This document shows, in pieces, positions 1 through 14,807 of a DNA stretch of 64,000 nucleotides (positions within the stretch are counted from its first letter, which is position 1; each line of letters begins with the position of its first letter). The stretch comes from Azolla caroliniana. Taxonomy: Eukaryota; Plantae; Polypodiophyta. The DNA lies in assembly GCA_043228905.1 (NCBI GenBank), contig JBHGNT010000013.1, forward strand, positions 20,832,001 to 20,896,000, in the 5' to 3' direction. Under the pieces are notes generated by a model. That model saw only the letters and a list, made by a program, of their open reading frames with translations. It searched no databases and was not told where the DNA came from. A program made the position numbers and the translations under genes.

Positions 1-16
1 ACAAACATATAAATAC

Positions 17-181
17 CTCGGAGGTGCTAGAACCGAACTGGAGGAGACCTGTTTGGCCTCCAGACGACTTGTTCTTGAGCTCCTCGATCTTTTTCCTCTC
101 CGCTTCTCTCTGTTTCTCGAGGCGCCGGATGCGAGCTGCATCCTGGGCCGTCCCGACGTAGCCATCCCCCATCCCCGACAT
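17..181 (-). CDS. XCT: XAP5 CIRCADIAN TIMEKEEPER (FAM50/XAP5), first coding exon; gene continues off the left edge
   Basis: Manual translation MSGMGDGYVGTAQDAARIRRLEKQREAERKKIEELKNKSSGGQTGLLQFGSSTSE matches the recalled plant XCT N-terminus; exon is 165 nt and ends at GAG|GTATTT. Not in the ORF track. Confidence 0.92.
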
Positions 182-1611
182 CTTTCTCTCACTGTCTCTC
201 TCAGTCTACTTCGAATAATATGCGTATACACAGAGAGGCAAGCGAACAACGAAACTTCAGAAACCCTAAAATGTGCTGTAATGCGAGCTGCCTGTGTCTG
301 TCTGTGTGCTGTGTCTGCATCTGTCGCACATAAATCATAAAGAGTTAAAGGTGAACAATTAATTACTGTGTTAGTCTCTGTTATTTTGGGGGTTAGGTCT
401 CTCTCTTTATTATTTATTTTGCATGAAAAAAGCCAATGAACCATCCCATCCATCCATCCTCCTAATCGGAACCCATGGGTTATCGTATAAATATATGTAC
501 ACATATATCATCATCGATGCCGCCACATCCTATATGGCCTTCAGTGATAGAGCTATCCTTTTGATGTCCATGGAAGACCGATTGTGAATCGTGATCCCAT
601 CATAATGGGCCTAGGGATAAGTTGTCTACTAACTTACCATTAGGGTAAGGTAATTCTGATAGAGTAAGAGAAGCTCACATTCTAAACCCCTGAAAATTTC
701 AATGTCGTGTAATAAAATTAGTGAGATTCCGAACCTCAATGCATGGATTAAATATATACATATATAGAATTTTGACTAATCATTTGAATGCCACCACCCA
801 AATTATAAATTAAAGACGATGTGGGTATTTTCAAAGTTTCGTGAAAATGCCATTCTACTTTAATGGCATCAGTCAATCTCTAGATTTTTTCATATGCCTA
901 GAGAGTACTGCTACCTATGAGCGACAATTTCAAACACATTACCCTTTCTCACCTAGGCTTCAATAACCTTAAGCCATATATAGAACACCAATGATAAATG
1001 TATCCTCTGAGCCTTACAAGGGCAACCATGTTTAAGATCTTCATGATTGGCAAAGGATGACCTCAATAGAATATATTTTGTTTGTGTAAAAGATGTTAAC
1101 ATATGTAGCTTGTCTATTTCCTTGTAGTTGTCCCTTGTACAAGCATCTTGGGTTTATGTGCATGTAAATTGGATTGCAATTTTGTTTTATGGGCATCCTC
1201 AATTTATTTCATTGTTAGTGCACTTTTATTTTTGGGCAATGAATGATTTGATATAAGTTGCATGTATAACATCCATGCACAATTCTAGAAGAGAGTGACG
1301 ATATTTAATGGCAAGCCATTTACCATAGATACCCTTGGAGTTCATGATAATTGTAAAGGTATTGAATTGTAAACCATGGGAGACAAAGTTGTGCATGCTA
1401 AGGGAAACTAAGGGAAACCAATGTAATTTGGATGTTACTTTTTAACATAAAAATTCAACCAATTTCTCATCCACCATATGTTTAGAGGCTTCTATTCCAC
1501 AAAAGTATGGAATAGCATGACAACAATTTAACATAAACTAATGTTTCTTATAAGTGATAGCCTCCACCCCAAGGAAAGCTACCGAGGTGGTAAAAGGCTC
1601 CAACTATTACG

Positions 1612-2066
1612 CTGTTAAGTTTCACCTTGAACCGAACCAAAGCGCGAAACCACGGCTTAACGGTTTAAACGGTTCGGTTCGGTTTCGGTTTCAACTGTTA
1701 GAAACCGTGGTTTTAACGATTTAACTATTTATTTATTTTATCTTTTTGTTTTTATTTTTATTTTCAAAAAATTCAAAATTTTGTTTTTTAACAATTTTTT
1801 CATTTTCATGCCTTATTCTCACATTTTAGGAAAATCTTTAAAATTTTGAAATTTTAAATAATCAAATATTTCAAATTTGAATTTTGACCTAAGTTGAAAA
1901 CCGAAACCGAACCATGAAACCATGGATTTCTCGGTTTAATGGCTTAATAGTTTGAAAACATTTTAATGGTTCGGTTTAACGGTTTCGTGGTTCGGTTCAA
2001 GTTTCAACTTTTTTTAATGGTTCGGTTTTGATCCTCTTGAACCGAACTGAACCATTGGGGATTGTT
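1612..2066. mobile_element. Non-autonomous DNA-transposon-like element rich in AACCG/CGGTT motifs
   Basis: Clusters of CCGAACC/GGTTCGG in both orientations flank an AT-rich core; no clear TIR or TSD. A degenerate relative lies at about 16880-17350. Confidence 0.5.
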
Positions 2067-3404
2067 AGTTTCACCCTTCCCACATGTACAAATTCATCCA
2101 TGGTTTTTTTTTATTTAACATGTGATGCAACGCTAAATAAGTCATTTTCTTAACCAATGAAGGTAAATGTTGTTGTTGTGATATGGAAGATGAACAAATT
2201 ATCGTGAGTAGTGAATAGCAAATAGGAAATGAAAAGCTCCTTTCACAAATACCTTATAGAAACAATAACGTTCAAACCTTATCTAAATGCACATGATCAC
2301 TTTATACATATATATATTTCCTTTTTGGATCCTTTAAGTTACCAATTTAAAAGCTTCAATTAACTATCGAGTGCTTTGCCAAAGTATTAGCACTCACTAC
2401 TAGCCAACAAAGTCCACGCAATTAGCCTTCTATGAATTGGCCCCATCTTGCTTGTAGAAGCTCATAATGTTAGCTTTTAACTCGCATAATCTCGCATACT
2501 ATCATACCCCCATGCCCCACTACTACTAACAAGGTATACATGTAACATGCTTTGCCAACACAATATCATAAAGTCAAATGTTGATCGACAACCCACAAAT
2601 GAATCACATGGGAAAACTCATAGCCTCGCAAGATGGTATGTGTACCCTAGTTCTACATTTTATGGAAATGTGTTAAACTAGTCAACATGTTTGCCGTTTG
2701 ATCATATCTAGGTAGGTATGCACATTTGAATCTTGAACGTGGGAATGAATGGAAGTGGGAACATCCCTTGTCATGTAGATCATACCCAGGCATGATATGA
2801 AGCTATCAATGCTCAGATTGGTCTACAGAGAGCCTCACAACATGATTAAAGATCGTACCTATGCAGATACGATGCTATCCATGTTCTGCTTGTTGGCCTA
2901 CGGAGCCTCCTAACGTTATTACAGAGGAAGTTACAATTGAGTGACTATGAATATTGACTACGTATAGATGGTGATCGAGAGTCAAAGTCGGGTTGTCCGT
3001 ATGGAGTGGAGGAAATCCGGGATCTGGGTGTGATGGGAAACCTCGACATAATCTCTCTCTCGGGCAGGATAGAGAGAGTAAAGTATATATGTATGTAAAT
3101 AAGTACGTACACATAAGAATCTTATGATGCTTATATGTTGGGAGAGCCAAATGAGTTGAGTTGTAAAGGAAAGAGAGGGACTTCAGTTGTGCGTCTTTCT
3201 TTCTCTGACTCTGTCTCTGTGGGCCTAAAAAGTCTCATAACAATACATACATATGTATTGATATATGTATGTATACACACGCACAGACCTCATTGGCTGG
3301 CTATGGCGGAACAGAGCTCTGCCTGCCCATTCTGCATTCTTCTCCCCTCCCTGATTTCTGACCAGCACAGATTCGACCCCAGCGATGCCCCCCTACCGTG
3401 AAAC

Positions 3405-5571
3405 ATGCCCTCCGCCGCCTCATCTCCACTGGATTCCAATGGATATGGAGACCCCAAGCGCATCCACCCCGGCGCCTTCCTCATCTTCCTCATTTTCTCC
3501 CTTCTCATCGCATCCGTTTCAGCATCAGAAAATATGGAAGGGAATGGCAAAGGAAACGACTCAGATCTGATCTGCAACAATCATCAAAAGACCTCATCGT
3601 CAAAAACAGTGATAAACTACATAGATCTACATAGCTGTGTGTTCAGCCAAATCTACATACTATCCATACCATGTTTATTAATATTGGTTGCCCTATCGTT
3701 CTATGTGTTAGCGAATACGGCCCAATTCCATTTTACTCCAGTTGTATCGAGGATGTCCGAGCTTCTTAACCTCTCCCCAAGTACGGGTGGCGTCACTCTA
3801 CTTGCTCTTGGCAATGGGGCTCCGGACGCCTTCACATCCGTGGCGGCGGTGTGGGCTGAGAATTCGCGTCTAGGTCTTGGTGCCATTGTTAGTGCCGGCC
3901 TCTTCGTTTCAGCATTCGTTGTTGGGTTTGTCGCCCTCGCTTCTTCTCCGAGTAACTTCAAACTTAACCCTATCAATTTCCTCCGGGACGTGTGTTTTTA
4001 TCTATTCGCAGTTTTCCTCATGTTTTGGACCTACCTTAGTGGTGAGGTTTATGCTTGGCAAGCCATTGGTCTTGTTTGTGTCTATGTCTTCTTTGTCGGC
4101 GTTGTTTTCACCATGGATCGAAGTAAAGGTAAGAAGGGAAACAATATGGTCTCCCTTAAGTTGTCTCGTTCGTGTTTAGATGTGTCTGAGCTCGATGATG
4201 ATGAAGAAGAACAATGTGATTTAGTATCAAGTCATGATGACAATGGACACAGACGTGGAAGAGGTATATTTGGACACTCTGAGAACCTTGTCAAAAGTCG
4301 GCTTGGTGATAATGATGTCGAACAGAGTGGAAAGCTGGATGTGGAATCAAGGGAAAGTTGTAACATAATCAAGGGTAATGGAGTGAGCTCACCAGTGGCT
4401 TCTCGTGGTGAGGGTTATTACCAAGATAAAGAGGCAAAGGACCTTCCAAGGGTTTTTGGGACTCTTGTTTGTTCACTATTCTGTTGTGGACAACACAAGG
4501 ACTCCCTGAGCAAATGCAATCAAGCCTTGAAGGTAAGGTCAAGTTTGCTTTTGAATTCAGAAAGATTTTCCCTCACATTAATTGCAGATTAGGTTACAAT
4601 ACAAATGATATTCTAATGTATGGGATGTTGTATGTGTGGTATATACGCAACACTTTACCATATGGTTGTTTGACTACGCCCTCTGGAACAAGGCATAGAA
4701 CCAAATGTTTATATATCTTCTAATGTGATATTAATCTCATTTCTTTTTCTCTTCAATCTCTTATATTTCTTGATGTATTGAAACCCACAGTTCCTTTGTT
4801 TATGTCTCTCTGTAGATTCAATTGCTCTGGCAATTACCTGTCGAGGTTGTTCTTCGTTCAACCATCCCGGCTGTGAATCCATCACAATGGAATCGGGTCT
4901 ATGCATCAATAAACCTTGTCTTATGCCCTTTAATTTTCCTCTACATAATAAGCTCAGCAATCTCGCCTTATAAGAAGATGATCTTTGTGGTGCCTGGAAT
5001 CAATTTCCCCTTATGGTTCTTGATTCTATTGCAGGGCACTATTCTAGGGATCGTGTACTTCATACTCACAAAGGAACCACCTAAGGAAGAGCTCCCAATC
5101 GTGGTTGCAACTGCCTTTGTGATGAGTGTGTTTTGGATTTCTTTTATAGCTGGAGAATTAGTGGGTTGTTTAGAGGCCCTTGGGGTGTTGCTTAAACTTC
5201 CACCCGCTCTCTTAGGCCTCACGGTGCTTGCATGGGGAAATTCTATTGGTGACTTAGTTGCTGATGTGGCAGTGGCGAGAGCAGGTCAACCTGCGATGGC
5301 AATGGCGGGTTGCTTTGCAGGGCCTATGTTCAATATGCTTGTTGGTTTCGGCCTCGCACTAGCGGTGAAAACAAGCCGTATTTATCCTTCTCCTTACCTT
5401 TTGGAGTATAACCCTAGCATTGTCGTGGCTTTTTTCTTCCTTTTTGCTAGCTTGCTCGGTTCCCTGGTTGTTGTCATATGGAATAAATTTCGGGTACCTC
5501 GGCTCTGGGGTTTTTGGTTGATAGGCTTGTACATAACTTTTGTTCTTGTCAGCATCTCCAACTCTAGCTAG
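3405..5571 (+). CDS. Cation/calcium exchanger (CCX family, CCX5-like); exons 3405-4532 and 4816-5571
   Basis: Alpha-1 repeat GVTLLALGNGAPD and alpha-2 repeat GLTVLAWGNSIGDLVAD; a phase-0 GT-AG intron (4533-4815) joins the two ORFs in frame. Confidence 0.93.
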
Positions 5572-6944
5572 CCAAGTTTCGGCAAGTATCACTGGTGGGT
5601 TGATGCAACAGCTTTGATGCACATAATGAGAATTCAATGGCCTAAGGTAAAGTGTATGTGTCGGGAAGATATCTTATATTTTTTGGGGGGATGATTACAC
5701 CCTCATTCATTTCTCTTTGTGCTATCCATTCATTAAACTATCAACAAATTGTATATCTAATTCCTCTTCACCTTTTCGTTCTGTACAAGGGTCACTGTCA
5801 AGTTTTTGTATTCTGCAAATTCAATAACATCTACTTAAGTGTCAAAAACCTTAATTTACATTCTTATGCGCTCGTTGATGGTAGCAAACAAAGGTAAAAT
5901 TTAATGTAATAATGTTGAGGAATCTTTAATATGGAGAACCCTATCTCGAGGAAGTTGTACCCTCTCTTGATTTAGTAGAGAAACCATGAGATAGAGACAA
6001 AGCACATGGGCCATACTAACACCAAATCCTGGAGATCATTGTATGCCATTTCGAAGCCTCTTGTGGCTACTTGTAAAGTCTAAACGAAAGCTGGTGTCTT
6101 GCTGTTGCTGAAAGAGATTCAACAATTTGGTGGGCATGAGGGATGCAGAGCCCTGCATGTATGCAAGAACGGTATTTAATGTTTTCACCAACATTTATAA
6201 TCAGTAAGAACTGGAAGTAAACCCAACTCCAATGATTGCATTTGAAAGGGTTGGCACACCAAGATTGAAAGATTTAAATATGAAGGAGAGAATCAAAGCA
6301 CAAATGAAACATGTATCATTCATGTTCTCTAAGTAGGAACAAACTAATAAAAGAATATCATTGTTCTTGTGTAGACATGTTGTTACAATGTTCAGAAGAG
6401 TCCCACTAGAGGAATTATGTACTTGGCGATGAGTTTAAAAGAGGAAGCTAGAATAAGTGCTTACATTATAATATAATCATATTGTCAAATGTCCAAGAAG
6501 CCAACAAAACATAAAGCATTGAGAGATTGTTGAAGAGAAGTAAGATATTGGTCATGAACTTAGATATACACCATGTAATGACAAAATGAGTCAAACAATC
6601 CAAGGACAAATCAACGGAACACTCACCAAAGACCCAAGGAAATACTAAAACTATGTCATCTTATCATTATACTAATCAGTATTGAGAAGGAATTCACAGT
6701 ACCTATCATAACTCCTAAGCCAGATAAGGGAAAGCTATTGCAAATATTACTGTGAAAGAAAAATAAATGAAAAGGAAGTATCACAATTAAGCTATACTCC
6801 ATTGTATATATCATATCATGTAGAGAAATTAATTACATCAGGCATTGAATGTACTATTTTACTGGCGACTACATTTGATCAGCAGCAATTTGCAAGTCCA
6901 ACAGTTCAGCAAAGTTCATGGCATTGAGCGAGAGCATAATAATG

Positions 6945-7080
6945 ATCAAATTGCTACTTGTGCTACAGATTATTCATAATAGTTTAGGTAGGTTCATAAC
7001 ATAATAAATGAATCAAACTGCTACTTGTGCTACGGATTATTCATTGTAATTTAGCTAGGTTCATGACATAGTAACGATCA
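6945..7080. repeat. Imperfect ~68-bp tandem duplication in the cysteine synthase 3' UTR region
   Basis: ATCAAA(T/C)TGCTACTTGTGCTAC(A/G)GATTATTCAT...TAGGTTCAT occurs twice in succession. Confidence 0.75.
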
Positions 7081-7164
7081 AATGTGTTATTGGCGGCAAT
7101 GAAATTTGAATATAATGTACTTTTGCCAGAGCCTGACAAAAAGTAAAAAATTGCTTCTGAGTCC

Positions 7165-10100
7165 TCATTCTATTGTCATTTTCTCAGCTTCTCCCCGTAT
7201 TGACTCAAAAAGAGCAGTAGAGAGGTAACGCTCACCGAAGCTTGGAAACACCACCTACATATTGCAAGATGACTCATGCAATGGTTAATGTAGCAATAAA
7301 AAATCTAACAATGGCAAAAATCTAAAAGTGACGTATTTGGATTAAAGAATCAAATATACACACAAAATGCAATTTAATGAATTGGGCATGAGCAACTAAC
7401 TATGAACAATTCAATTACATTTAAATATAGCCAACAATAGACACTCAAAAACAAAGCAAAAAGAAGCAACAAATTACTGAAACCCCCCCAAAATCACAGA
7501 CACTATGAAATATCAAGTAGCATAAATCAATTTTACTTTCTAGTTAGAAGATGAGCATGTCCTAAGTGAAGCATTATTTGATCATTATGCTTCTAATTAA
7601 AAATATGGGTTATGTTTATGATGATCGGTTTTTATAATGTGCAATGTGCATGATCCACAAGTTATGCTTCTGATTTTACTTAATTACATAAACTATTATA
7701 AATCATAAAACATGGAAATACTATGAATTTTCCATTGAGACAATAATATACATGCGTCTACATTTGTGTATATATATTGCTATCCAATTTAATTTTAGAT
7801 TTCACTTACGGTGATAAGTTTCCCAGCATTTTCCGGTTTCTTTGCAAGCTGAACTGCAGCAACAGCAGCCGCCCCAGATGAAATACCAACCTATTGTTAC
7901 ATTATTAGTTAGACACATCATTTTTTATCCACAAAAGTCTTATCATTTTAGAATTAATAAGTTTTATCCACTATATAAATAAAAATAAGACAATAAAGGA
8001 GGAAATATAAAAAATCTAGCCTACCAAAAGGCCTTCTCGGAGGGCAAGTTGCTTTGCCATTTCAATCGCTTCACCACTAGAAACCTGTCAAATATATTTG
8101 CCACCTTCCTCACTAAATTATTATAATGGAAATTACATCTCATGACGCACTGTTCCCTCTTTACGCTGTTTCTGAGACCGCATTTTGTTACAGTGACAAT
8201 CTCATAATTCATCATATATAATATTCTTCACTTTTAATTTCTATATTTTGGGGAGCCTATTGCAATCATAGAACTCATAATCAACCTGAACACCATGTGT
8301 TATCATAATCTAGAACAAACCTGTATGACTCCATCAAGAATATCCACATCCAAAATGCCTGGAATAAAGCCAGCTCCAATGCCTTGAATCTTGTGAGGAC
8401 CTGTAAGGACCAGACAATCCTTAAATGCATGGTGTATAGAGCATGCCAATTATATATTATGAGTCATGACAATACATAAAACACATTAAAACGAAAAATT
8501 ACGCTAAAAAGAAAACTCACCTGGTTTCCCTCCAGATATCACTGGACTCTCTGATGGTTCCACGCCATAAATCTTCACAAAATAGACAGATAGTGAGGGG
8601 GGACCACTTTAGGGCATTACAAGGAACCCTTTCTTCTCTGAAACTGATTTATTACCAATTAATCTATTGTTTATGGAAAGCCTGGTTTGAAAAGTAATGA
8701 GCAAAACAACCTTAAAATCTGGTAGCAGCTCATAAACCTCTAGTTACCACACACGTGGGGTTTAAATAAGTTTTATTGATATTCTTTATTTTCTTGATTT
8801 TCCACATTAGGGATGCATCCTAGTGGTATGCCAAATCACACTCGCTTGAATGCATGACCAGATCTCTGCCAAACAACCTTTCCCAACTGAGCTCCAAGAA
8901 GCTCTCTCTCTCTCACTCATTCCTCAAGGCAACTATTTATCACTTAGTTTGCAAAGTAAGGGTGGGAATGATATCAAATTCTGTTTTGCACCTAATGTCT
9001 TGTTCACCTTTATGTTGGGATTTTGGCCTTTCAGAAAGCGACCTGCACCAGTTATTGTGCCTCCTGTGCCAATTCCTGAAACAAAAATATCAATTTTCCC
9101 ACCAGTAGTCTTCCAGATTTCTGGCCCAGTGGTCTCAAAATGCACCTGTACAAAGATACGATCAATGAAAATAAAAAGATGGGACAGATCTTTACATTGA
9201 GATCAATTCACGACTTGATAGACGAGAATTAGGCAATACTTAAAACAAAACAATTATTTTGATGGATTATACTCGACTAAACAGATGGATGCAAACTTGT
9301 TGAATGCCAAATAAGTGTGCAAATTGTTTAGATGCATTATATCAAACCTTAGGATTGGAAGGATTTTCAAACTGTTGCAGCATGAATGCATTCGGGTCTT
9401 TTGCCAAGATTTCTTCTGCTTTCTGGATAGCTCCTTTCATGCCTTTGGCAGGATCAGTGATAATAACCTCTGCACCAAAAGCTTTTAATAACACTCGACG
9501 CTCCATACTCATGGATGCTGGCATCGTGAGGATCAGTTTATATCCTTTTGATGCAGCAATGAAAGCGAGACCAATTCCAGTATTGCCACTTGTTGGCTCG
9601 ACAAGCACACTCTGAAAAAATATTTACATAGTTGTCCATCATAGTAGAGTATTATAAAAATGTTTTTTAACTGGAAAATGGACATGGATCTTACTTTTCC
9701 TGGGATGATGAGTCCCTTGGATTCAGCATCTTCGATCATGCTTTTCCCAATCCTAGAAACAGCAAAAACCACTTGTCAACATATATACGCTGGTTTATTT
9801 TATTTTCACCTTTTCTCTTCCTTCTTGTTCATTTCCACTGCTGTTCATTTTGAAGATTTCCCGGTACATTTCCTGTATAGATATAGTGTTTACATATTAA
9901 AATGAACATAGGAATGCATTGATCCCCAGGACTTCCAAGATATGATGAGACATGCTGTTTTTGGCTGTATATATAGAATGGATGATAAATACTGTTACTA
10001 AAGCATCTTTTTGGTGCCTAAGACCATCATGTATCAACATCGTTAATGTGGAGATTCATTGATTGAGATGTCAACACGGCTATTGTGGAGCACTTTTTAC

Positions 10101-10742
10101 GGTTCTGCTGTAGCCCAATATAGACATTAAAATAGATGGTTTCCTTCTACCATGCTTTCCTATATTAAAACCCTGACATTTGATATTAGTGTAAACCGTA
10201 TATTAAAACTTTAATTATGTGCATAAACCCAAACACTCAACATAATGTCTGCAAAATGTTAAGTATAAAGTCTAAATCCCAAAACCTAAACCCCATAAGA
10301 TTAGAGTGTTTGCATACCTATCTTTCACACTGGAGCATGGTTCTAAAGACTCAAGCTTCGCAGCAACGATTCCCACAGATCCCTCGTTTACCTTGTGCAG
10401 ATAAACCATAGGAGTGCCTCCGATGACCTAACCAAGGAATCAAACTAAGCTTTAACATCTTAAGAGAGATTAAGCATTCTTTGTCGGCTGTGAAAATAAC
10501 AAAATATCAGTGGAAACGGTAAAATCAGTGAACAAAAAAGCTGTGGGGAAGACTATGATATACTATGTGGAATAAAGCCTAGATTCTGTTGGGACATAGA
10601 CGACATCTCTGTCGGGATAGGAGAACTATTGAGATTCCGATGAAATTTCGTCGTTGGAATTACTAAAGAAAAGATCGGTTGGATGAAAGACGATTGAAAC
10701 CTGTGTGATATCGTGAGCGATGGTAGAACATTCCACGGCCAT
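7165..10742 (-). CDS. Cytosolic cysteine synthase / O-acetylserine(thiol)lyase (OAS-TL A-like), about 10 exons
   Basis: Exon 1 10701-10742 ([14 protein letters not shown]); exon 2 10318-10427 with PLP lysine motif PCSSVKDR; [15 protein letters not shown] and HKIQGIGAG motifs; last exon 7165-7254 ([12 protein letters not shown]...stop). No transit peptide. Confidence 0.95.
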
Positions 10743-12289
10743 TGGTATTCGTCTGTCTCTCGGTGTCTGTCTCTCGTATGTTGGTCTCTGCTACTCTCTC
10801 TCTCTCTCTCAAATAAACAGATATTAGTAGTGTTTACAAATTACTGTATGTAATTACTACTTAATTACTATTAATTAGGGAACGCGAAATGTTAACAATC
10901 GCACTAATTACTGTCATTAGTATAATTAATCAAGTTTCCCTTTTCTACTCGATCGTATATTGTTTATTATATGTCTAGACCATAATGTTATTTATCCTTT
11001 CATATTCTCATTGCCACTTGTAGACCAGACATTGGTGCAAACAAAGTTTCTCGAGAGGTGGATGATTGCTAGGCATGCCGTGTCGGACACATAGAAATGG
11101 CCTCCACCTCCATGATGATTTATCATATTGGATGGTCGTAGCAGTCAAGTTTTACTACAGAGCTACCATTGCGAAACGAATGTGTGTGTCATTTTCTTTG
11201 TCACATAAGTACACAGTTGATGTGGTTTATTTGTCCTTCACAAAGAAGTATAGATGTGCGTCAATTGGTTTATTTCCAAAAAAAAATCGCGTGATCATGC
11301 CCTATTACCCTGAAAAACAATATCACAAACACATGTTCTATTCATTGTGGAACTTTAGACAAGGAAAATACACAAAAATCACATTGCCTCATGTGTTTGA
11401 GCCGAATATCAATAATATCCACTTATGCATTTTGGATCCTATTTTTTGTGTTATGGAAGGGCACCCATGTAATAATTCTCTATGTATAAATAGACGTTTG
11501 TAACCTCTCTCACTGAAAAATAGAATTTGTTGCTATTTTTCTTACTATATATAGTGTTTTATCCTAATTTTTCTGATTTTTGCGTACCTTGGGATTTTAA
11601 TGAGTGAAAAATTGCAATTATAATTTATTCCCAAGTTTTGGTTGGCTTGAAGCTGCCTTGATAACAAGCATTAGAACCACCCTGATAGTTCTCATACAAA
11701 GAAAACAAGGGGGCTAGTATTGCACTTGATAATATTAGAGACCTAGTTACTCGAGATGCCCAATGCAATTGGCTCAAACTTTAACCTACAAATGCGATGT
11801 CAAAGGAATAATCAACCCACTAGGACATTTGTTATTTCACATTGAAAATTTGAGAATGTTTCTTCTTGGTCCATTCTAAAAGATGAAGTATGAAAATGCA
11901 TAAGCAAACAAATGTTGATTTTCAATTAACAACAGGGTTCAAGAAAGGCAAATTTGAAATTAAAGTCGTAGAGATACTATTTCCAAGCACGGTAAAGTAA
12001 ACATTGAACTAGTGGAATGGTTACTCCCACCTTAAAACTAAAAAAATGATGCTAAAATAAACCTATTTTAATGATTGGTAGTAATCTAATACTAGTCCCC
12101 ACGTTTTTCAATATTGGATATAAAAAGAATCTAAGTGTGTTCCCATTTGTTTAAAAGTTTGACAAAAGTGATGTCTAAATTATTAACTGAGGACATCCAA
12201 ATTAATTTAAGGAAAGTTGATGTCACGTGGAAGTGTGTCATTATGATACCTACTCAAACATATAGAAGAAAATAAAAGTGGAACACATT

Positions 12290-12620
12290 TGTCATTTAAG
12301 ATGATGAATGACAAATACAACATCTCGGCTTACACACGTCATACGTGGTGAGGGGGTTTTAACACTTTTGTCCCTTTTGTTCAAGTAAGTTGCACTAAAG
12401 AAAAACACTTTTGATTTACAATCAAGTTCGGTTTGCATTTTCTCCATTGCATGCATATATGGAATGCTACCAAACACTTTGCAATGCAACATATCCATCA
12501 TTCTTCCACAAAAATGCTCTTGTAGAATCACATTTGCATTCTACAATACACTATCTGATCCATTAGACTTAGACGGTTGTGGACACTTCTACAACCTAAT
12601 ATAAATGCACACATCAATGC
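12290..12620 (-). mobile_element. Highly degenerate Copia integrase remnant
   Basis: CKVFGSIPYMH...LDCKSK and VSRDVVF resemble the Copia integrase C-terminus; many lesions. Confidence 0.55.
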
Positions 12621-13129
12621 ATGTTAGAGTCCATTTCCTTGTTTGCCATCCAAACCATTGCTTCCATGTGACTCACTATGATGTGAGACAAGGTGTTGGG
12701 GCACAAGTGAAGAGCGTAATCAACTATATTACACACTTTGCACTAAATAAAATGTGGGAATCTGAGTATCACACTTTAGTACAATGCTCTACCTTTGATC
12801 ACATCCAACTATGCTTTCCATGAATCTTCAACCAAACCCAATCCTTGCACAAATTTCTCTCGCAATCATAGTTTGCACTCCCTATTGCTACTCATTTCAT
12901 ATGTATTACTTGAAAATGTTATTTTCACATTAGTAAAGGTAATAATTGGACATTCAAAGATAACAATATAATCTACGTACATACGTATGCATGTATCTTC
13001 TTTGTAGATGTCCAAAGATTGAGTCAAATCTTCACAACCATCATAGGCAAGATATCTAGTTATGCTATGTGGACTAGGAAAACATGAAAGATAGTTAGTT
13101 TCACATCTTTTTTTGTTCTTATCAAATGT

Positions 13130-14807
13130 TGTCGAGGAAATCCTCGCGTGTTCACGAAATGAAGCGGAATCGTCGGGGTCCTGGACCAGAAGAACTCGAG
13201 TTTGTACTCGCTTTAGCGAGAAAGTATGTAAGATAGATAAAGAGAGACCAAGATTCCAATTTTGAGATAGATTGAAAGAGAGAGAGAGAGAGAGAGAGAT
13301 TGAACCCTTGACTTCAAATTTGAGGGAAAAGATACATCACCAATAGGATAACTAGTTTTTTTATTATTAAAATTTTTCATTTAAACTTATTTCCCCTCTT
13401 CTTTTTCATCCATTCTTTTATAGATGCCCCCCATGCATATGATGCATGTGAGGGTGCAAGACATGCATGTGATACATGTTTGTCATTTGGCGCTCATGCA
13501 TCACATTCAAGCTCTCATGTATGAGAATTTACATGTAAAACTATAATTAAAGAAAGGGAAAAGTACCAGGATACCCTTGTAAGTTTGTCTATTTATCAGA
13601 ATGCCCTTGAAAGTTCCAAAATTACCAAACTACCCCTATGTCCAAAAAAATACACTTTATAAAGTAATTATACACTCAAATCTACAAGCCCTATTTACCA
13701 GAATACCCTTAAACCTAAACTTATTTACCATAATGTCATTGTATACCTATTTTGGCCAATTTATACCACTTTTATTTTTCAAAATACATCATAAATCAAA
13801 CTAAATTATCAAAATTACATTATATATCAAAAATTTTAATTGAAATGTCACCTTAAAATCCAATTCTATGAATTTAGTGTAAAATCCATGAAATTTGGTT
13901 TAAGATGGCATTTTAATAGCAAAGTATTATGTGAGATTTCGTTTAAAATGACATTTTGGTAGCAAAGTTTTTTGTGAGATTTGGTTTAACATTTTGGCCG
14001 CAAATTGTTTGTGAATCCGCAAATGCATGGACTTTGGCTTCAAAGTGGCATCTCAATGGTAAAATTTGGTGTGCGATCAAATGTTTTGGTTTTAAGATTA
14101 AATTTTGGTCATTGCAATCACAAATTTTGGTTTTATGGGATTAAGCCAGTATAACTTTGTGTAAATTCATAGAATTGGATTTTAAGGTGACCTTTAAATT
14201 AAAAAATTTGATATATAATATATTATATAATTTTGATAAATTAGTTTGATTTATGATGTATTTTGAAAAATAAAAGTGGTATGAATTGATCAAAATAGGT
14301 ATATAGTGGCATTATGGTAAGTAAGTTTAGGTTTAAGAGTATTCTGGTAAATAGGGCATGTAGATTTGATTGTATAATTACTTTTAAAGTGTATTTTTTT
14401 GGACATATGGGTAGTTTGAAACTTCCAGGGGCATTTTGGTAAATAGGCAAACTTCCAGGGGTATCTTGGTACTTTTCCCTTAAAGAAATGACTTAGCTTA
14501 CTGATAAGTCCATTGGCTTTTATTTTGGGGGGTGCAAGGTTCAAGCCTTGCTTGCATCCCTTTGTATACACTCAAAATGTTATTGGGCTTTAGTCTTATT
14601 TATATTTACAAATGTTTGAGTGCACATCACACGTGCACATGTTTAACTTTACATCTGGCCTTTTCTTTACGATTCTCATTTTAGTCCTAATTACAACATG
14701 CTAGCATATGCATGTGGTCACCACCCCTTTCACATATGCACATTGCACCTTCTTGGTTTTGTTCGTTTCACATGATTTTCACACCGTTGCCGAAAATCTT
14801 CACGACA
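13130..14807 (-). mobile_element. Solo-LTR-like element related to 22420-23490, interrupted by a MULE
   Basis: Termini TGTCGAG...CACGACA; shares the core CCCCCATGCATATGATGCAT..GAGGGT.CAAG.CATGCATGTGAT with 22420-23490; no TSD found. Confidence 0.6.
13556..14479. mobile_element. Mutator-like (MULE) non-autonomous foldback element
   Basis: About 320-bp TIRs (GGGAAAAGTACCA...TGGTACTTTTCCC); perfect 9-bp TSD TTAAAGAAA at 13547-13555 and 14480-14488. Confidence 0.92.

Noticed and set aside
53-340. 95-aa plus-strand ORF
   Set aside because: Antisense shadow of XCT exon 1 and its 5' UTR.
13601-14571. Two similar ORFs on opposite strands
   Set aside because: They are chance frames of the MULE terminal inverted repeats.
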